From the NCBI GenBank assembly GCA_026936335.1, contig JAPMXV010000045.1:434001-498000 (forward strand): 64,000 nt of DNA, given 5' to 3'. Source of the DNA: Mantamonas sphyraenae STR306 (taxonomy: Eukaryota; Protista; CRuMs). This document shows positions 48,606-62,700 of the stretch, piece after piece. The notes beneath the pieces are model-generated. The model did no database searches, had not been told where the DNA came from, and saw nothing but the letters and a program-made list of their open reading frames with translations. Both the position numbers and the translations under genes were made by a program. Position 1 is the first letter of the stretch; each line of letters starts with the position of its first letter.

Positions 48606-51600
48606 ATGTCATTGTCGTCATCTTCATCTTCATCTTCATCTTCATCGTCGTCGTCGTCGTCGTCGGCGGCGGCAACAGCGCATCATGGAGCGGAGGTGGC
48701 GCTGGTGGAGCCTCTCGGGAGCAACGAAGAACTGCTGAATGATCCGCTGGTGCGGATGGGCGTACCAAAGCACCTGCTGAAAAAGTATGTGCGGGAGCGG
48801 TCTGCACCGCAAAAGATTGCAAGCATCCAGTTTGGGGTGCTGTCGGAGGAGGAGATGGCGCGGATGAGTGAGATCCAGGTGGTGAACAACATGATCATCA
48901 ACGCACAGACGCGAAAGCCGATCGCATACGGCCCGCTGGACCCGAGGCTGGGCACGGCGAACAAGAACTATCGGTGCGAGACATGTGGGGAAGAGCTGGA
49001 GCTGTGTGCAGGACACTTTGGGTATGTGCGGCTGGCGTTGCCGGTGTTCCACGGCGGGTTCTTTCGGCTGATCAAGCAGATTCTGGAGTGCATTTGCAAG
49101 GTAAGGGGGATCAGAGACGGGATAGCGGGAGCGTGCACACCGAAGAGACGTGCATGTTGAGGGTGTTGCCGTGCCGGTGGGCGGAGGTGGGGTGGGTCTT
49201 GGACTTGGGGACAGGTGCATTTTTTTTTTTGGCGAGGCCAAATTCGCGGGAAGACGGACGGCTGACACGAGGACGATGGGGCGGTGTACACGGACATGTG
49301 TGCGCGACGTACGGGGCACATGGCACGTGGCACGTGGCTGTACCACACAGAACTGTGCACGTGTGCTGCTGCAGCCGTCGGAGCACGAAAAGTTCCTGAG
49401 CCAGATGCGACGTCGAAAGAACGAGGCGACGGCGCGTCAGCGCACGCTGAAGGCAGTGATTGTGGCGTGCAAAAAGGTGAAGGAGTGCCCGCACTGTGGG
49501 GACATGAACGGGAACGTACGCAAGATCGGGCCGCTGAAGCTGGTGCACGAGAAGTACAAGGACGGGGAGGAGAAGAGTGCGTGGACTCGAGCAAACATGA
49601 CGGACGCGCGCAGGCTGGTCAAGGACCTGGAAACGAAGCATCTTGCAAACGTGCAGGAGGATCTGAATCCGCAGCAGGTGCACTCATTGTTTTCACGCAT
49701 GTTGACGGAAGACATCGAGCTTCTGGACATCAACCCACAGTTTACGCACCCGAAAGACCTGCTGTTGAACTCTGTGCTCGTGCCGCCGGCGGTGATCAGG
49801 CCGTCGCAGTCGACGGATCCGTCGTCGGCAGGGTCGGACGATGACCTAACGCTGATTGTGGCGTCGATTGTGGGCACAAACAACCACCTGCGGCAGGCGC
49901 TGGAGAACGGGGCGACCATGACGGACGTGATGAGCAGGTGGGATTCGCTGCAGTCGCAGACGGCGCTGTACATCAACAGCGACCAGCCGGGCGTGGACCA
50001 GCCGACAAGCGGAGGCGGATACTCGAGCACACGACACACAAGTGGAATTGCGCAGCGGCTGAAGGGCAAGCACGGGCGGTTCCGAGGGAACCTGTCGGGC
50101 AAGCGGGTGGACTTTTCGTCACGTACTGTGATTTCGCCGGATCCGAACCTGGAAATCGACCAAGTGGCGGTGCCCGAACTGGTTGCGTGCGTGCTGACAT
50201 ACCCGGAGAGCGTGACGATGCTGAACCGGGAGCGGCTGCAGCGGCTGATCACGTCGGGGTCGCAATACCCAGGCGCAAACTACGTGCTGACGTCGCGTGG
50301 CAAGTTTTCGCTGGAACACATGAGCCGTAGCCAGAGGGAAAAGACGGCGAATGGCCTGAAGCCGGGGGATATTGTGGAGAGGCACTTGCAGGACGGGGAC
50401 ATTGTGCTTTTCAACAGGCAGCCGTCGCTGCACAAGCAATCGATCATGTCGCACCGTGCTGTGGTGAAGCCGTGGCGTACGTTTCGGTTCAACTTGTGTG
50501 CGTGCACGCCGTACAACGCAGATTTTGACGGCGACGAGATGAACCTGCACGTGCCGCAAACGGAAGAGGCGCGGGCGGAGGCACTGGTGCTGATGAATGT
50601 GAAGCAGAACATCATGACGCCGAAGAACGGAGAGCCACTGATTGCAGCGCTGCAGGACTTTCTGACAGCGGCGTACCTTGTGACCAAGAAGGATGCGTTT
50701 TTCGATCGGGCGCAGTTTGCGACACTGTGCTCGTACATGGTGGACCCGGAGGAGCGAGTGGATCTGCCGATGCCGAGTGTGGTGAAGCCGATGGAGCTGT
50801 GGACGGGCAAGCAGATCTTTGAGGTGCTGTTGTCGCGGCGGCGGTTTGCGTCGAGCCGGATCAACGTGTGCTTCGAGGCGCAGGGGCGGAACTATGTGGG
50901 CAACATGCACATGGATGTGAACGATGGCTACGTGTGCTTCCATCGCAACCGGCTGATCTGCGGCAACGTGGACAAGAAGATCCTGGGCAGCGGAACAAAG
51001 TCGTCGCTGTTTTACGTGCTTGTGCGCGACCAGGGTGTGCAGGTGGCGGCGGCGTGCATGGCGCGGCTGGCACGGCTGTGTTCACGGTACATCAGCGAGC
51101 AAGGGTTCTCGATTGGGATTGGGGACGTGACGCCGTCGAGCGTGGTGCTGACGCAGAAGCAACAGCTTGTGGACAGCGGATACGAAGAGGTGAATGGACA
51201 CCTGGCTGACTACGCGCAGGGGACGATGGAAACAGTGCCCGGGTGTGACGCGGAAGAGTCGCTGGAGATTCATCTGAACGCGGTTCTGAGTGAGATCCGT
51301 GAAAAGGCGGGCCAGGTGTGCTTTGAGAACCTGCATCGGACGAACGCGCCGCTGATTATGGCGCAATGCGGATCGAAGGGGTCGAAGATCAACATCTCGC
51401 AGATGGTTGCGTGCTTGGGCCAGCAGACGATCAGCGGAAAGCGCATCCCGAATGGGTTCGACCAGCGGTCGCTGCCACATTTTCCGCGAGCAAGCAAGGA
51501 GCCGCTGGCAAAGGGCTTTGTGTTCAACAGCTTCTACACGGGCCTGACGGCGACGGAGTTTTTCTTTCACACAATCGGAGGGCGCGAGGGCCTGGTGGAC

Positions 51601-53592
51601 ACGGCAGTCAAGACGGCGGAGACGGGATACATGCAGAGGCGGCTGATGAAAGCGCTGGAGGATCTTGCGGTGCAGTACGACAACACGGTGCGCAACTCGT
51701 TGAGTCACATTGTGCAGTTTCGGTACGGAGACGACGGGCTGGATCCGGCGAGCATGGAGCACGGCGGGCCGGTGGACTTTGAGCGCGTGTGGCGGTCGTG
51801 CACAGTGGTGGACGCGAGCGAAGGCAAGGGACGAGAAGAGGAGATGTTGATGCCATACGAGGTGGCTGTGGAGGCGTGGGAAATGATGAAGGGGCCAAAG
51901 TGGGAGCGATTCTGGGAGGACGGAGGGCAGCTGGAGCTGATGGCAGGGATGGAGGATGAGGAGGAGGAGGAGGAGGAGGGAGGCGAGCAGGGTGTGGCGG
52001 AAAAGGGGATGGATGTGGAGAATGGAGAGGCGGGGCCGAGCGGAGATGTGGGCGAGGCCGTGTTGAGCAGGAGCAGGGAGGAGAAGCCGGAATGGCCTGT
52101 GTTTCAGCACGAGCTGTGGCGATTCCTGATGATGCGTGCGGAGGGGACGCACAGGGTGATGCGCGGGATGGGGGTGTTGAACAAGTCGCAACAGGTTTCG
52201 CCTGCACACGCGTTTGCAAACGGAGGAGAGGCGGGGCTTCGGCAAGCGGCAAGCGTGGCGGGGGAAGAGGGACTGCATGCAGCAGCAGAGGCAGCAGAGG
52301 GGGAAGAGGCTGCAGCGTGGCGGCTGGTGAGTAACACGGGAGAGGTTACGCGTGCGCAGCTGAAGCGGTTTGTGGAGGAGTGCCGAGTGCGATACCAGCG
52401 GGCGTTGATTGAGCCTGGAGAAGCTGTGGGGGCGGTCGGGGCTCAGTCGATTGGAGAGCCGGGCACGCAGATGACGTTGAAGACATTCCATTTTGCTGGG
52501 GTGGCGTCGATGAACATTACGTTGGGAGTGCCGCGGATCAAGGAGATCATCAACGCGAGCAAGACGATTTCGACGCCGATTATCGACGCGTACCTGGAGC
52601 GAGATGACGACGAGATTGCAGCCAAGATGGCCAAGGCAGAAATTGAGATTACGCGTCTGCGGGATGTGGTGAAGGAGGTGCGGGAGGTTGTGCGTCCTTC
52701 GGGGACGCACCTGACGTTTGTGCTGAACATGGAGACGCTTGCAGCGCTGCTGATGACGGAGCGTGTGACGCCGTGGACGATCCGAGAGCACATTGTGGAG
52801 CAAACGAAGCTGAAGCCCGATCGTATCCGGGTGGTGAACAAGCACAAGTTCTACGTGGTGTACGACCAGGGCACGGCGGTGGGAGGGAGCACAGGTCGAG
52901 GGCGGCGCGTGGGCCAGGACGCGATGGAGGAGATGCGTGTGTCGATGGAGCGTGCGCTGTTCCAGATGCAGGCGGACAAGCGAGAGATTCTGGACTGCCG
53001 GGTGCATGGGATTGGGAGTGTGCAGCGCGCGGTGATTTCGTCCGAGAGCGTGTCGCGGAACGGGGTGGAGGGCCGGCTGTACAAGCTCGGGGTGGAAGGG
53101 ACAGGCCTGCGGGAGGTGATGTGCACGCGAGGAATCAAGGGCACGCTGTGCAAGTCGAACCACATCATCGAGGTGGAGTCTGTGCTGGGAATCGAGGCTG
53201 CACGTCAGAGCATCATGGACCAGATCCAGTACACGATGGAGTCACACGGAATGACGATCGACGCGCGGCATATGATGCTCTTGGCGGACCTGATGACGTG
53301 CAAGGGCCAGATTCTGGGCATTACGCGGTTTGGCATTTCGCAGCTGAAGGAGAGCGTGTTGATGCTGGCGTCGTTTGAAAAGACGACGGACCATCTGTTT
53401 GAAGGGAGCGGGCACACGCGCAACGACAAGATCATTGGGGTGTCTGAATGCATTATCCTGGGCATCCCGGTGCCGCTGGGCACGGGGTTGTTCAAGGTGA
53501 TGCGGGAGCGTCGCACAGACGACCCTGCCGAGGCGATTGGGAAGCAGGAACAGAAGAGGCGACACCAGTTGTTGCTGAGGAAGCGGTTCTGA
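48606..53592 (+). CDS. POLR3A: DNA-directed RNA polymerase III largest subunit (RPC1)
   Basis: Exons 48606..49100 and 49351..53592. CETC...CAGHFG, KHGRFRGNLSGKRVDFS, catalytic YNADFDGDEMN, GREGLVDTAVKTAETGYMQRRL, GEPGTQMTLKTFHFAG, Pol III-type KESVLMLASFEKTTDHLF; no heptad CTD. Confidence 0.95.
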
Positions 53593-53782
53593 AGGAAAGG
53601 AGTTGTGCGCAGACGAGAGTGGCCAGCGGAGGTGCTGGCACCCAAATTGCTTTTGCATCGACTTTGAGAACTCCCCACTCAAAACCGCGAAGCAGTGCAT
53701 TCCGAAAGGATCCTAAAACACATACATACAAAAGAGACTCTTTTGAACCCACAATCAAGACCCTAAAGACTCAATCGGAATC

Positions 53783-56700
53783 ATGGGAAACTCGCTGAAC
53801 AAAGCATTGTTGGACGAGGACGGAAACTTTGACGAGGAGGCGCTTAGCAGCTCTGTCCAGGATGACCGGGCGTGGCTGAAGCTGGCTGCCAACGACGTGC
53901 TGGACGACGAGACGGTGGTGAAGAAGGCTGCGTCTGCTGAAGTTGGCGGCGCAGGTTTCGGTGAGTTTTTGGAGCCGGCGGGGGGGGTGGTCACAATTTT
54001 TGTGGCGAGGGGATTTTTTGTGATGACGTGTTTGCGACGAGTGCGTGCACGGGAGGTTGGAAGGGCGTGTGGAGATGTGGTGGGGACGGGTGCATGGAAG
54101 CGAGGTGGGGAGGATGTCTATGTGTGGACGGTGGTCACATTGTGCTGGGAAAGTGGAGATGCAGGGAGGAGAGCAAACGCAAACGCGCTCGGGAGGGGAA
54201 ATCCGTGCACGCAAGGAGCCGGGCGGCCGCAGCGCGGGGAGTGGGCAAGGAGTGAGGGAAGAGACAGGTGCATGGAGGAGGGTGGTATATGGAGGGTGAG
54301 GTTGCGATCGTGGCGGGTTTGCATGTGTGAAGAGGCCCGGAATGCATGGTGGGAGGGCGGGAAAGGCGAAGAAAGGGCTGGAGAGGGAGCGAGGGCCTTT
54401 TTGCGCAAGCGAGATGACGGGACAACTGGCTTACACACGAGTGTGCGTGCACACGGCCGGTATGACACATGGACACAGTGCCGCGACTCGACACGAGCAC
54501 CGGCCCGTACTTTATGGAGTACTCGAACAACGACAACACGGTGAAGACGAACAACTACAGCGACTGGTGCACGTGCTGGTCCAAGGCAGTGATGAACAAG
54601 GCCCGCGTGTACGAGTGGGAGGTGCGCATCGATCGCACCGAGTCTGGAACCATCATGATTGGTGTGGGCGAGGCATCGCACTCGAACACGTACTACTTGG
54701 GTAAGGAGACAAGGGGGGTGTGCGCGATGTGTTTTGATCCCGACCGTTTGCGGTTTTGGCGCGCGAGGCACAGGATGGTGTGATGGTGTGATGGTGGGAT
54801 GGTGGGATGGTGGGATGAGGGGATGCAGTTGTTGACACAACGATGGGTGGTTGGTACACACACACACACACACACCATGTGACCACAGGTGGCTCGTCGT
54901 CGTACGGAGGCTGGTCGTACTACTGCTGCAGCTACGCGTACCGCTACCACGACGGGTACAGCTACAGCTATGGCGAACAGTGCTACACAGGTGACGTGGT
55001 GGGCGTTCGCCTGGACCTGAAGGCAGGCACGCTGTCGTTCAGCAAGAACGGCGTGGATTTGGGCCAGGCGTACGGCCCGAGCGATGGCCTGCAGGGCAAG
55101 GAGCTGTATGCAGCAGTGTCGCTGTACAGCAAGGACGACCAGGTGACGTTTGTGAAGAAGGGTTCGTCGGGAACTTCGATCTCGGACGAGTTCCTTGTGG
55201 ACAACAGCTCGGCGCTGGACGATCTGGACTCGAACTACACTCAGGCGATGATGCTGAGCGCCACCAGCAGCTCGGTGCCGTCCATGGTGCCAGAGAGCAT
55301 GCAGCCCGAGAGGAACAACCGTGTGGGTGTGGCGGACCACGGCGTGAGCAACGCTGCACAGGTGGTCGACATGAACCGAGGTCTGTTGACCACGGACACG
55401 CGTCTGCTGAGCACCAAGGCCGACATGGCCACCATGAGCCAGTTCTTCAACAAGAGCCTGGTGAACAAGTTCAAGGTGATCAAGCGCGTGCAGCTGGCTC
55501 TGCTGCGCGAGGAGGAGCGCGCCAAGCGCAACGGCGGCAGCAGCAGCTCGAGCAGCAGCTCGTCGAGCAGCAGCAGCAGCAGCAGCGGTTCTTCGAGCGG
55601 CGTGGGAGCAGCAGGCGCCGTGGTGCGCTACACCATCCGCCTGGTGCTGCGCCTGGTCAAGAACGCGGCGCAGTCGCCCGAGGAAATGGCCGAAGTGATG
55701 GAAATGTTGCAGGAACTGATGGCACAGATTCGCAGCAGCACCAACAAGGGCGAGAAGCTGTCGCCCATGGTCAACACCGCGCTGGAGACGGTTCAGGAGA
55801 ACGTGACCAAGTCGTTTGCTGGCCAGGTGCCGCAGGATTCGCTCGTGCGTCTGCTGCTGGACATCGGCTTCACGCGCGACTCGTTCGCCTCGCTGCTGTC
55901 TGTGTGCGAGGTGCTGTTTGGCCTGGACGGCGAGGTCGACCTCGGCGATGTGGCCGACTCGTTGCTCACCGCCCTGAGCGAGCGCAACGTGCAGCAGCTC
56001 AACACGCTGGCAAGCAACAGCAGCGACGTGACCTTCCCCCTGGAACTGCCCTCGTCATCCTCGACAGAGGAGAACAAGGTGCCCGCCACCATCGCAACCG
56101 ACGGCACGTACGTGTATCTGCACCGTGTCGGCCTTGGCCTCATCAAGCTTGGCACCGGCGCCAACGGCTCCGTGGGCGGCCGCGTGTACGCGCACAACTC
56201 GGACTACAGCAACGAGACACCCGGCTGGCTGGCGTACGCCAACGGCTCGCTGTACTTCCGTTCGTCGCAGACAGCCGAGGGCTTTGAGGCCGTGTCCACC
56301 GACTCGCTGACAGCCAGTGACGCCAAAGGCAAGGCCAACGTCGAGGCCGTGGACGGCCAGCCGCTGTTTAGCGCCGAGTCGACCATTGCAGGCGACAACC
56401 CGGGCTCCGCTGAGGAGGTGAACAACCGCTCGCCGCTGTTTTCGGACGGCCGCTACCTGTATGTGGCTTCCCAGATCGCGCCGGGCAAGAACGACGACCG
56501 TGTGGCCAGCGCAAACGTGTCGGACGAAGGCGCCGCGTCTGCAGCCGGCTCCGGCCAGTATGTGGTGGACGTGCATGACCCTGCGGACGGCATGCGCCAA
56601 CTGCGCCGCGTGGTGCTGACCGGAGCCAACCAGGAGGCCGGCAAGACGGTGGTGGCCATCAACTGTGGCGGCCTGCAGGCCACCGGGGCCGACGGTACGG

Positions 56701-59700
56701 TGTACCAGAGCGACCGCTATTTCAACTACTCGAACGCGATGACGAGCACGCCGTCGGGTCAGAAGGACGACCCGATCTTCTGCAGCACGCGAGAGGCCAT
56801 GGAGGAGAAGAACCTCGAGTACGCCATTCCGTTGGAGGACGGCGACTACATGGTGACGCTGAAGCTGGTGGACAACTCGAGCAGCGCCGGCGCAGGCAAG
56901 CGCCAGTTTGACGTGCGCGCCCAGGGCCGTGTGGTGCTGAAGAAGATGGACCCGTACCTGCTGGACAGCGGCAAGGGAGCCGACGTGACGTTCCCCGTGT
57001 CGACGACGTCGCGCAAGGGCCTTACGCTGGAGTTTGTCAACGTGGAGGGCCAAGCGATGGTGGCAGGCATTGTCATCAAGGAGATGGAGGCATCCGAGCG
57101 CTCGCAGCCACTGTTCCTGCTGAAGGAGGCGCTGACGCAGGGTGCGTTCTTTGCCAACGGCGACTTTGTGGGCCTGACCCTGCCCAACGCCGTGACGCCG
57201 CGCACGTACTTCCCGAAGGGCTCGTCGAACAGCAGCGGGGTGACGCTGACGTTTGACAGCTTCACGGGCGCGCTGGTGAGCACGGAAATGACGCCTTCGG
57301 GCGCCGTGGCATTCGACTACGCGGGCAACTGCGCGTACCAGCTCGAGGAGAGCGACAAGCGCATGCGCCGCAGCCTGAACAACGCCGTGCTGTCGTCCCT
57401 GGGCGAGAGCCGCCCGGCCGGAGTCGTGCAGCCGCTGGAGGCTGGCCAGACGACGCTGGGCGCACGCGAGCTGGGCCTGCAGCTGCTGTGGCACCTGTAC
57501 GCGCGCAGCCGCCCGTATGGCCCCACCGACGCAGAAGAGCAGGTCAAGGGAATGTCTCCGTCGTCGCTGGGCACGCACTTTGAGGTGAGCGAAAGCACGT
57601 TTGCCTCGTTGCTGTCGCTGCTGCAGAGCAACTCGGCCGCCTTCTTCTCGGGCGAGGCCGACGACAGCGTGCTGTTTGTGGTGCGCAGCGTGCTGAGCAT
57701 GCTCTCGACCAACTTGTACCACCTGAAGAAGAGCGGCACGAGCTCGGAGAACGCAGGTCTGGCCGCCAGCGGCTCGCTTGTGGCGCCCCTGCGTGAGACG
57801 TTGGAGAACATGATCAACGAGGGCACGCAGCTGGACTCGAGCGACGCCAAGTATTCGCAGTTTGTCGAGATCCAGCGCACGGCGGTGGTGACGCTGACGA
57901 GCGCGTTTGACGTGTTCTACCCGTCGGCGAAGGAGCAGTGCAACATCCTGTCGGGTCTGCTGCAGCGCCGCACGGACAGCCCGGAGACGTTCAACCAGAT
58001 CCAGACGGTGTACCTGGAGCACCTGCTGGGCCGCTTCTCGTCGTACACGGCTGTGAGCAAGCTGCTCGAGTCGGATGACAGCGCAAACGACAGCGAGAGC
58101 GCCGCCGAAGCGCAAGGCTCCGCAGTGGCCGCGATCATCAACACGCTCGTGAGCGTGGTGTCGCAAGAGACGCAGCAATTCCTGGAGGAGACGTACCAGA
58201 TGAGCAGCTCGCCTACCCTGCCGTCGGAGGCGCTGGTGTTCCCGTCGTCGCAGGCGCTGGGTGTGCTGGGTGCGCTGCAGAAGCAGCTGGTGTACAAGGC
58301 GACTGCCAAGGATGCGGACAGCACCGAGGTGGAGCCGGTGACGCAGAAGCACACTGTGGCCGTGCTGGACGCAGGCAACTCGGACGACACGATTTCGCTC
58401 GAGCTGCTCGTGTTTTACGCAGACACGTTCTGCACGCAGGCTGGCTCGCTGTACCAGAAGATCCTGGACATCAACGAGGCGGTGAACCCCGAGCCTCACT
58501 ACCTGCACCCGTCGCTGCTGCAGTTCCTGGACGCGTCGTACATCGGCCAGCTGCTTCCCATGCTTGCAACGACGCTGTGTCTGTTCTCCACCAACCTGGT
58601 GTTCTCGTCGCGCATGCTGCACATGCTCGTGACCGTGATCAAGCCGCTGGAGTCGCTGACGAACAAGCTGCCCATCATCGCGCAGATGGAGTACCAGGAA
58701 GAGGACAAGGGCGAGCTCAAGGTCGTCGCGGGCGACATTGACGCAAGCGAGACCATGACGCTGCCGGACGGATTTGGCAGCGAGGTCACCGAGGTACGCC
58801 GTGAGTTCCGCGCCCCGTACGCCACATCGCTGCTCGTGTCTGTGGACCTGCAGGAGGCCAAGCTGCAGGACCCGGCCGAGGGCGAGGAAGCACCTGCGCG
58901 CGGCAAGTTCCGCGTGGAGGTGTACGAGGGCACGGGCGAAGGCGTCAAGGAGGTGGTTGTGCTGGAGTCCATGGAGGACGTGAGCAGCAAGGCCGCAGAA
59001 GACGTCAAGGTCGGCGCAGGCTCGGCCACGATTGTGATCAAGTGCACCGAGGCAGGCGCACATGCACTCGTGGGCACGCTTGAGGTCACGGTCGGCTCGC
59101 AGAAGAATGTGCGCCTTGTGCGCAACATGAACAACCTGCTGCTGACGCTGGCGTACCTGGCCGGACGCTGCGCAGGCACGCTTGTGGACGGCGGAGTTGC
59201 GCTGAAGAGCGAGTCCGAAGTCGGCAAGTGGTTGCAGTCGGAGCTGTTCAGCGGTGGCCTTGACGAGCAGGCCAACCCGCCGCCTGCGGAGATCACGCAC
59301 CTGGTCAACGTGACACAGGGCAAGATCTCGTCGTTGCCGGGCAGCCGACGCACGTCTGTGAAGCCTATGCCGCTGAAGCGCTCGCAGAGCGCAATGGTGG
59401 AAGTGGACACCTTCCTGCAGGACCTGATTGCCGACCCCGAGCACGACCTGGTGGTGCGTTGCGCAAAGGGCACCCCGCCGCTGCGTGGCAAGGCCGTGAA
59501 GCTGGCCAAGGATGAGGTGTTGGGCGCAGTGCGCACTGTGTTTGCCGCCATGCTCAAGCACGAGGGCATGGCCGTGGAGGCCATCACGTTTGCACAAACG
59601 CCCAAGGACGAAAAGGCGCCGAAGAACCTGAAGGAGGTGTACAAGCAGGCCGTCAAGGTTGTGCAGTGGATGCAGACGCAGCGCCAGAAGAAGCTGAGCG

Positions 59701-62700
59701 CCAACACGGACGTGGAGGACGACGCCGAGCTGGAGGACAAGGTGGCCGCGGATTACAAGAAGTACGCGGAGGAAGTGACGGAGAAGGCCAACTTCCTGCT
59801 GGGCTTTGCACCCAGCGCCCGCCGCGCCAACGCCCTGCCTGCGCGCAGCGTGCAGACGACGCTGGCCAGTGCAGCCGGCGCCCTGGGCGGCAGCAGCAGT
59901 TCGCTTGGCTCGCCCGGCAGCCCGAAGCTTGGCGGCAAGTTTGCCAGTGGCTGGAACAAGGTGAAGAACGCCATGGAGGCGATGAAGAGCCTGAAGCAGA
60001 TGATGAACGAGCGCGTGCAGCAGCTGAAGGGCCTGAGCGACGACGTGGACACGCTGGCTGTGTCCAAGAGCGTGCTGAGCTTTGTGGAGTCGCGTGACGT
60101 GGCGATGGACAAGCTGACGCAGGCTGTGCGTGCGCGCCAGGCACGCGCGGTGCTGCGCACGGCAGGCTTCGAGGCTGTGTCGAAGCTGCTGGGCTCGCCC
60201 GCTGTGAGCGACAGCGTGCCCCAAGAGGGCACGGACGTGTACCTGAAGAGGAGCCAGACGTCGGAGGTGCAGATCCAGGTGCTGCGTTTCATGGCCGACA
60301 AGTTTGAAACGCGCGTGGAGAACGAGGAGAGTGCAAGCCCTGGCCAGGAGGAGTACAACCACCCGGACATCCTGCACTACCTGCAGGGCGTGGACGCGTG
60401 CGGCAACGAGCTCAACTCCAAGGTGACCAACAGCTACTACAACCTGCTGCAGTCGCTGGTCGACTACATCCGCTCGATGTACCAGCCGCAGCGCCGCGCG
60501 GCTTTCGCAGGCAGCGAGCTGGACGCCCTCGCCGTGGCCCTCAAGGTCATGTGCGTGGACTACCGCGACGAAGACTCGCAGTACCTGAACGACATCGAGG
60601 TGCTGGGAGCGCTGTACCCGTTCCTTTCGTTCGAGGGCGATCTGGAGCGCGAGCAGGTCACACGGGATCTGCGCGCCGAGCGCGACGCCGCCCAGAAGGA
60701 GGGCAGCATGAAGAACGTGAAGGAGGCGCAGCTCAAGTTGGACGATTGGGAGAAGCTGAACGATCAGCTGCAGGACATCCAAGGGCAGGTCACGAGCCTG
60801 TTCCGCATCTTGGCCCTGCTGACCGTGCGCAACGACCCGGCCGGAGCCAAGGACCAGAAGACGGCCATCCACAGCCAGCGCCTGGCCGAGGATGTGTTTG
60901 ACATCTTCTACAAGGAGCTGTCTGCACTGAACGAGGCGGGCAACGCGCTGTCGACCGTGCGAAGCGACAACGTGAGCGGTGGCAAGGTTGCCGAGGACTC
61001 GCTGCTGTTGCTGGACCGCGTGGCCTACCTGCATGCCACCAACGAGGGATTGAGCGTGCCGCAGGTTGACGAGGCATTCAACAACGACTTTACGGTCGGC
61101 CTGTGGATGTACAAGATCATGGGCAACAGCGGCGGTCGCATCGTGAGCAACGAGACGCCCGACGGCGACGGCAGCGCTCAGTTCACGCTGAAGCTGTACG
61201 GCAACGGCGACGACCAAAAGGTGACTGTCGAGTGCGGCGGCCAGAGCGTGGAGAGCAGCGAGTCGATCCCGGATCGCACATGGACGCATGTGGCCGTGTC
61301 GCGCAGCGCCACCAACGGCCTGAAACTGTTCATGAACGGCAAGGAGGTGGGCGCAGCCGAGGGCGGCGAGAAGGAGGTGCCGCTGAAGCTGAGCGACTAC
61401 CCCATGTACATCGGCGCCACGCCGGTGCGCATGAACGAGATGTTCACAGGCGTGGTCACGGAAGGCTTCGATGGCTTTGTGACCGAGGTGCGCTTCAGCA
61501 AGGGAGCAGCTGCGGACGAGGAGGCGCTGGGTCTGGGCGAGGGCAAGCCGGCCGAGGTGCCGTTTGCGCTGAGCGTGCCCAACCTGGTGAGCCAGAGCGT
61601 GGAGTCTGTCCTGCAGACGATGCTGCCCCTGCTGGTGCATCCGTCCGCAGCGACCCTTGTGTCCACGGGCCAGTTTGTGCAGCTGCTGCTGAGCATTGTG
61701 ATGGACAACGACATCAGCTCGTCGCCGATCAACACCAGCCTGGACAACACGGTGATGGCCATCCGCGCTTGCCGCAAGGCATTCACACGCCAGCACCCGA
61801 CCGGCCTGGGCCAGATGGTGGAGACGTTTGAGGGCGTGCCCACAGTGTCTGCTGACAACCCGGCGGCTGTGCTGATCAACACCCTCCTGTGCGTGGTGGG
61901 CAACGCCTTTGCTCTGGGCGGGCAGGCGGACGCCAAGGTGCAGGTAGCCGCTCGCGCCAAGTACACGGTGGCGGCGGAGCTTGCGCTGCTGCTTCGCTCG
62001 CTGCTGTCGTGCGACATGTGGGCCGAGGATCTGAAGCAGGCGCTGACCAACGCTCTGGGCGACATCCCGGCCGTGATGGAGAGCGTGAGCAGCGGCTCGT
62101 TTGCCATGGGTGAACGCGAAGCGATTGTGGTGGGCGCACTCAGCGTGCTGGGTGGCCTGACCGACTGCGTGCGCACAGGCAGCCGTGTGGTGTACACCAC
62201 CACTGAGGGCGAGGAGAAGACGGGTACGGTGATGTGGTACAGCGCGACCACGTCGTACGTGCCGGTGCTGCTCGACGAGACGATCAAGGCCGATTCGCAG
62301 CTGTTGCCCGAGACCCAGCTGCTGGACCTGAGCCAGATCCGCCCCGAACTGGACGGCGACGTGGCCGTGAAGCCCGATGTGTTCCCGCTGACTGCAGGTC
62401 TGAGCGAAGCATTCGGAGCTTTGCTGAAGGCAGCTGTGCAGCGCAAGGAGGGCGAGTCGACCAACAACGGCGACTCGTCTGCGGCCAAGTTCTTCAACAT
62501 CCTGCTGAGCAAGGGCCTGAAGGTGCTTTCTCTGATGTTGATCAGCACTCAGAGCGGTGACCAGTTCCTGGCCAGCGACCTGCTGTCGGATCTGATGACG
62601 CTGGCGACCAGCGCAACCAACCTGAACGCATTCCCTGAAGCGGACGTGCTGCTGACCAAGGTGCAGCGTCTGGAGGAGGCGTTGTACAACACGCGCCCTT

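Noticed and set aside
48606-53592. RNA polymerase subunit as a marker of a giant virus or of Pol II
   Set aside because: It has Pol III-specific motifs, a spliceosomal intron and no CTD, and is flanked by ordinary eukaryotic genes.
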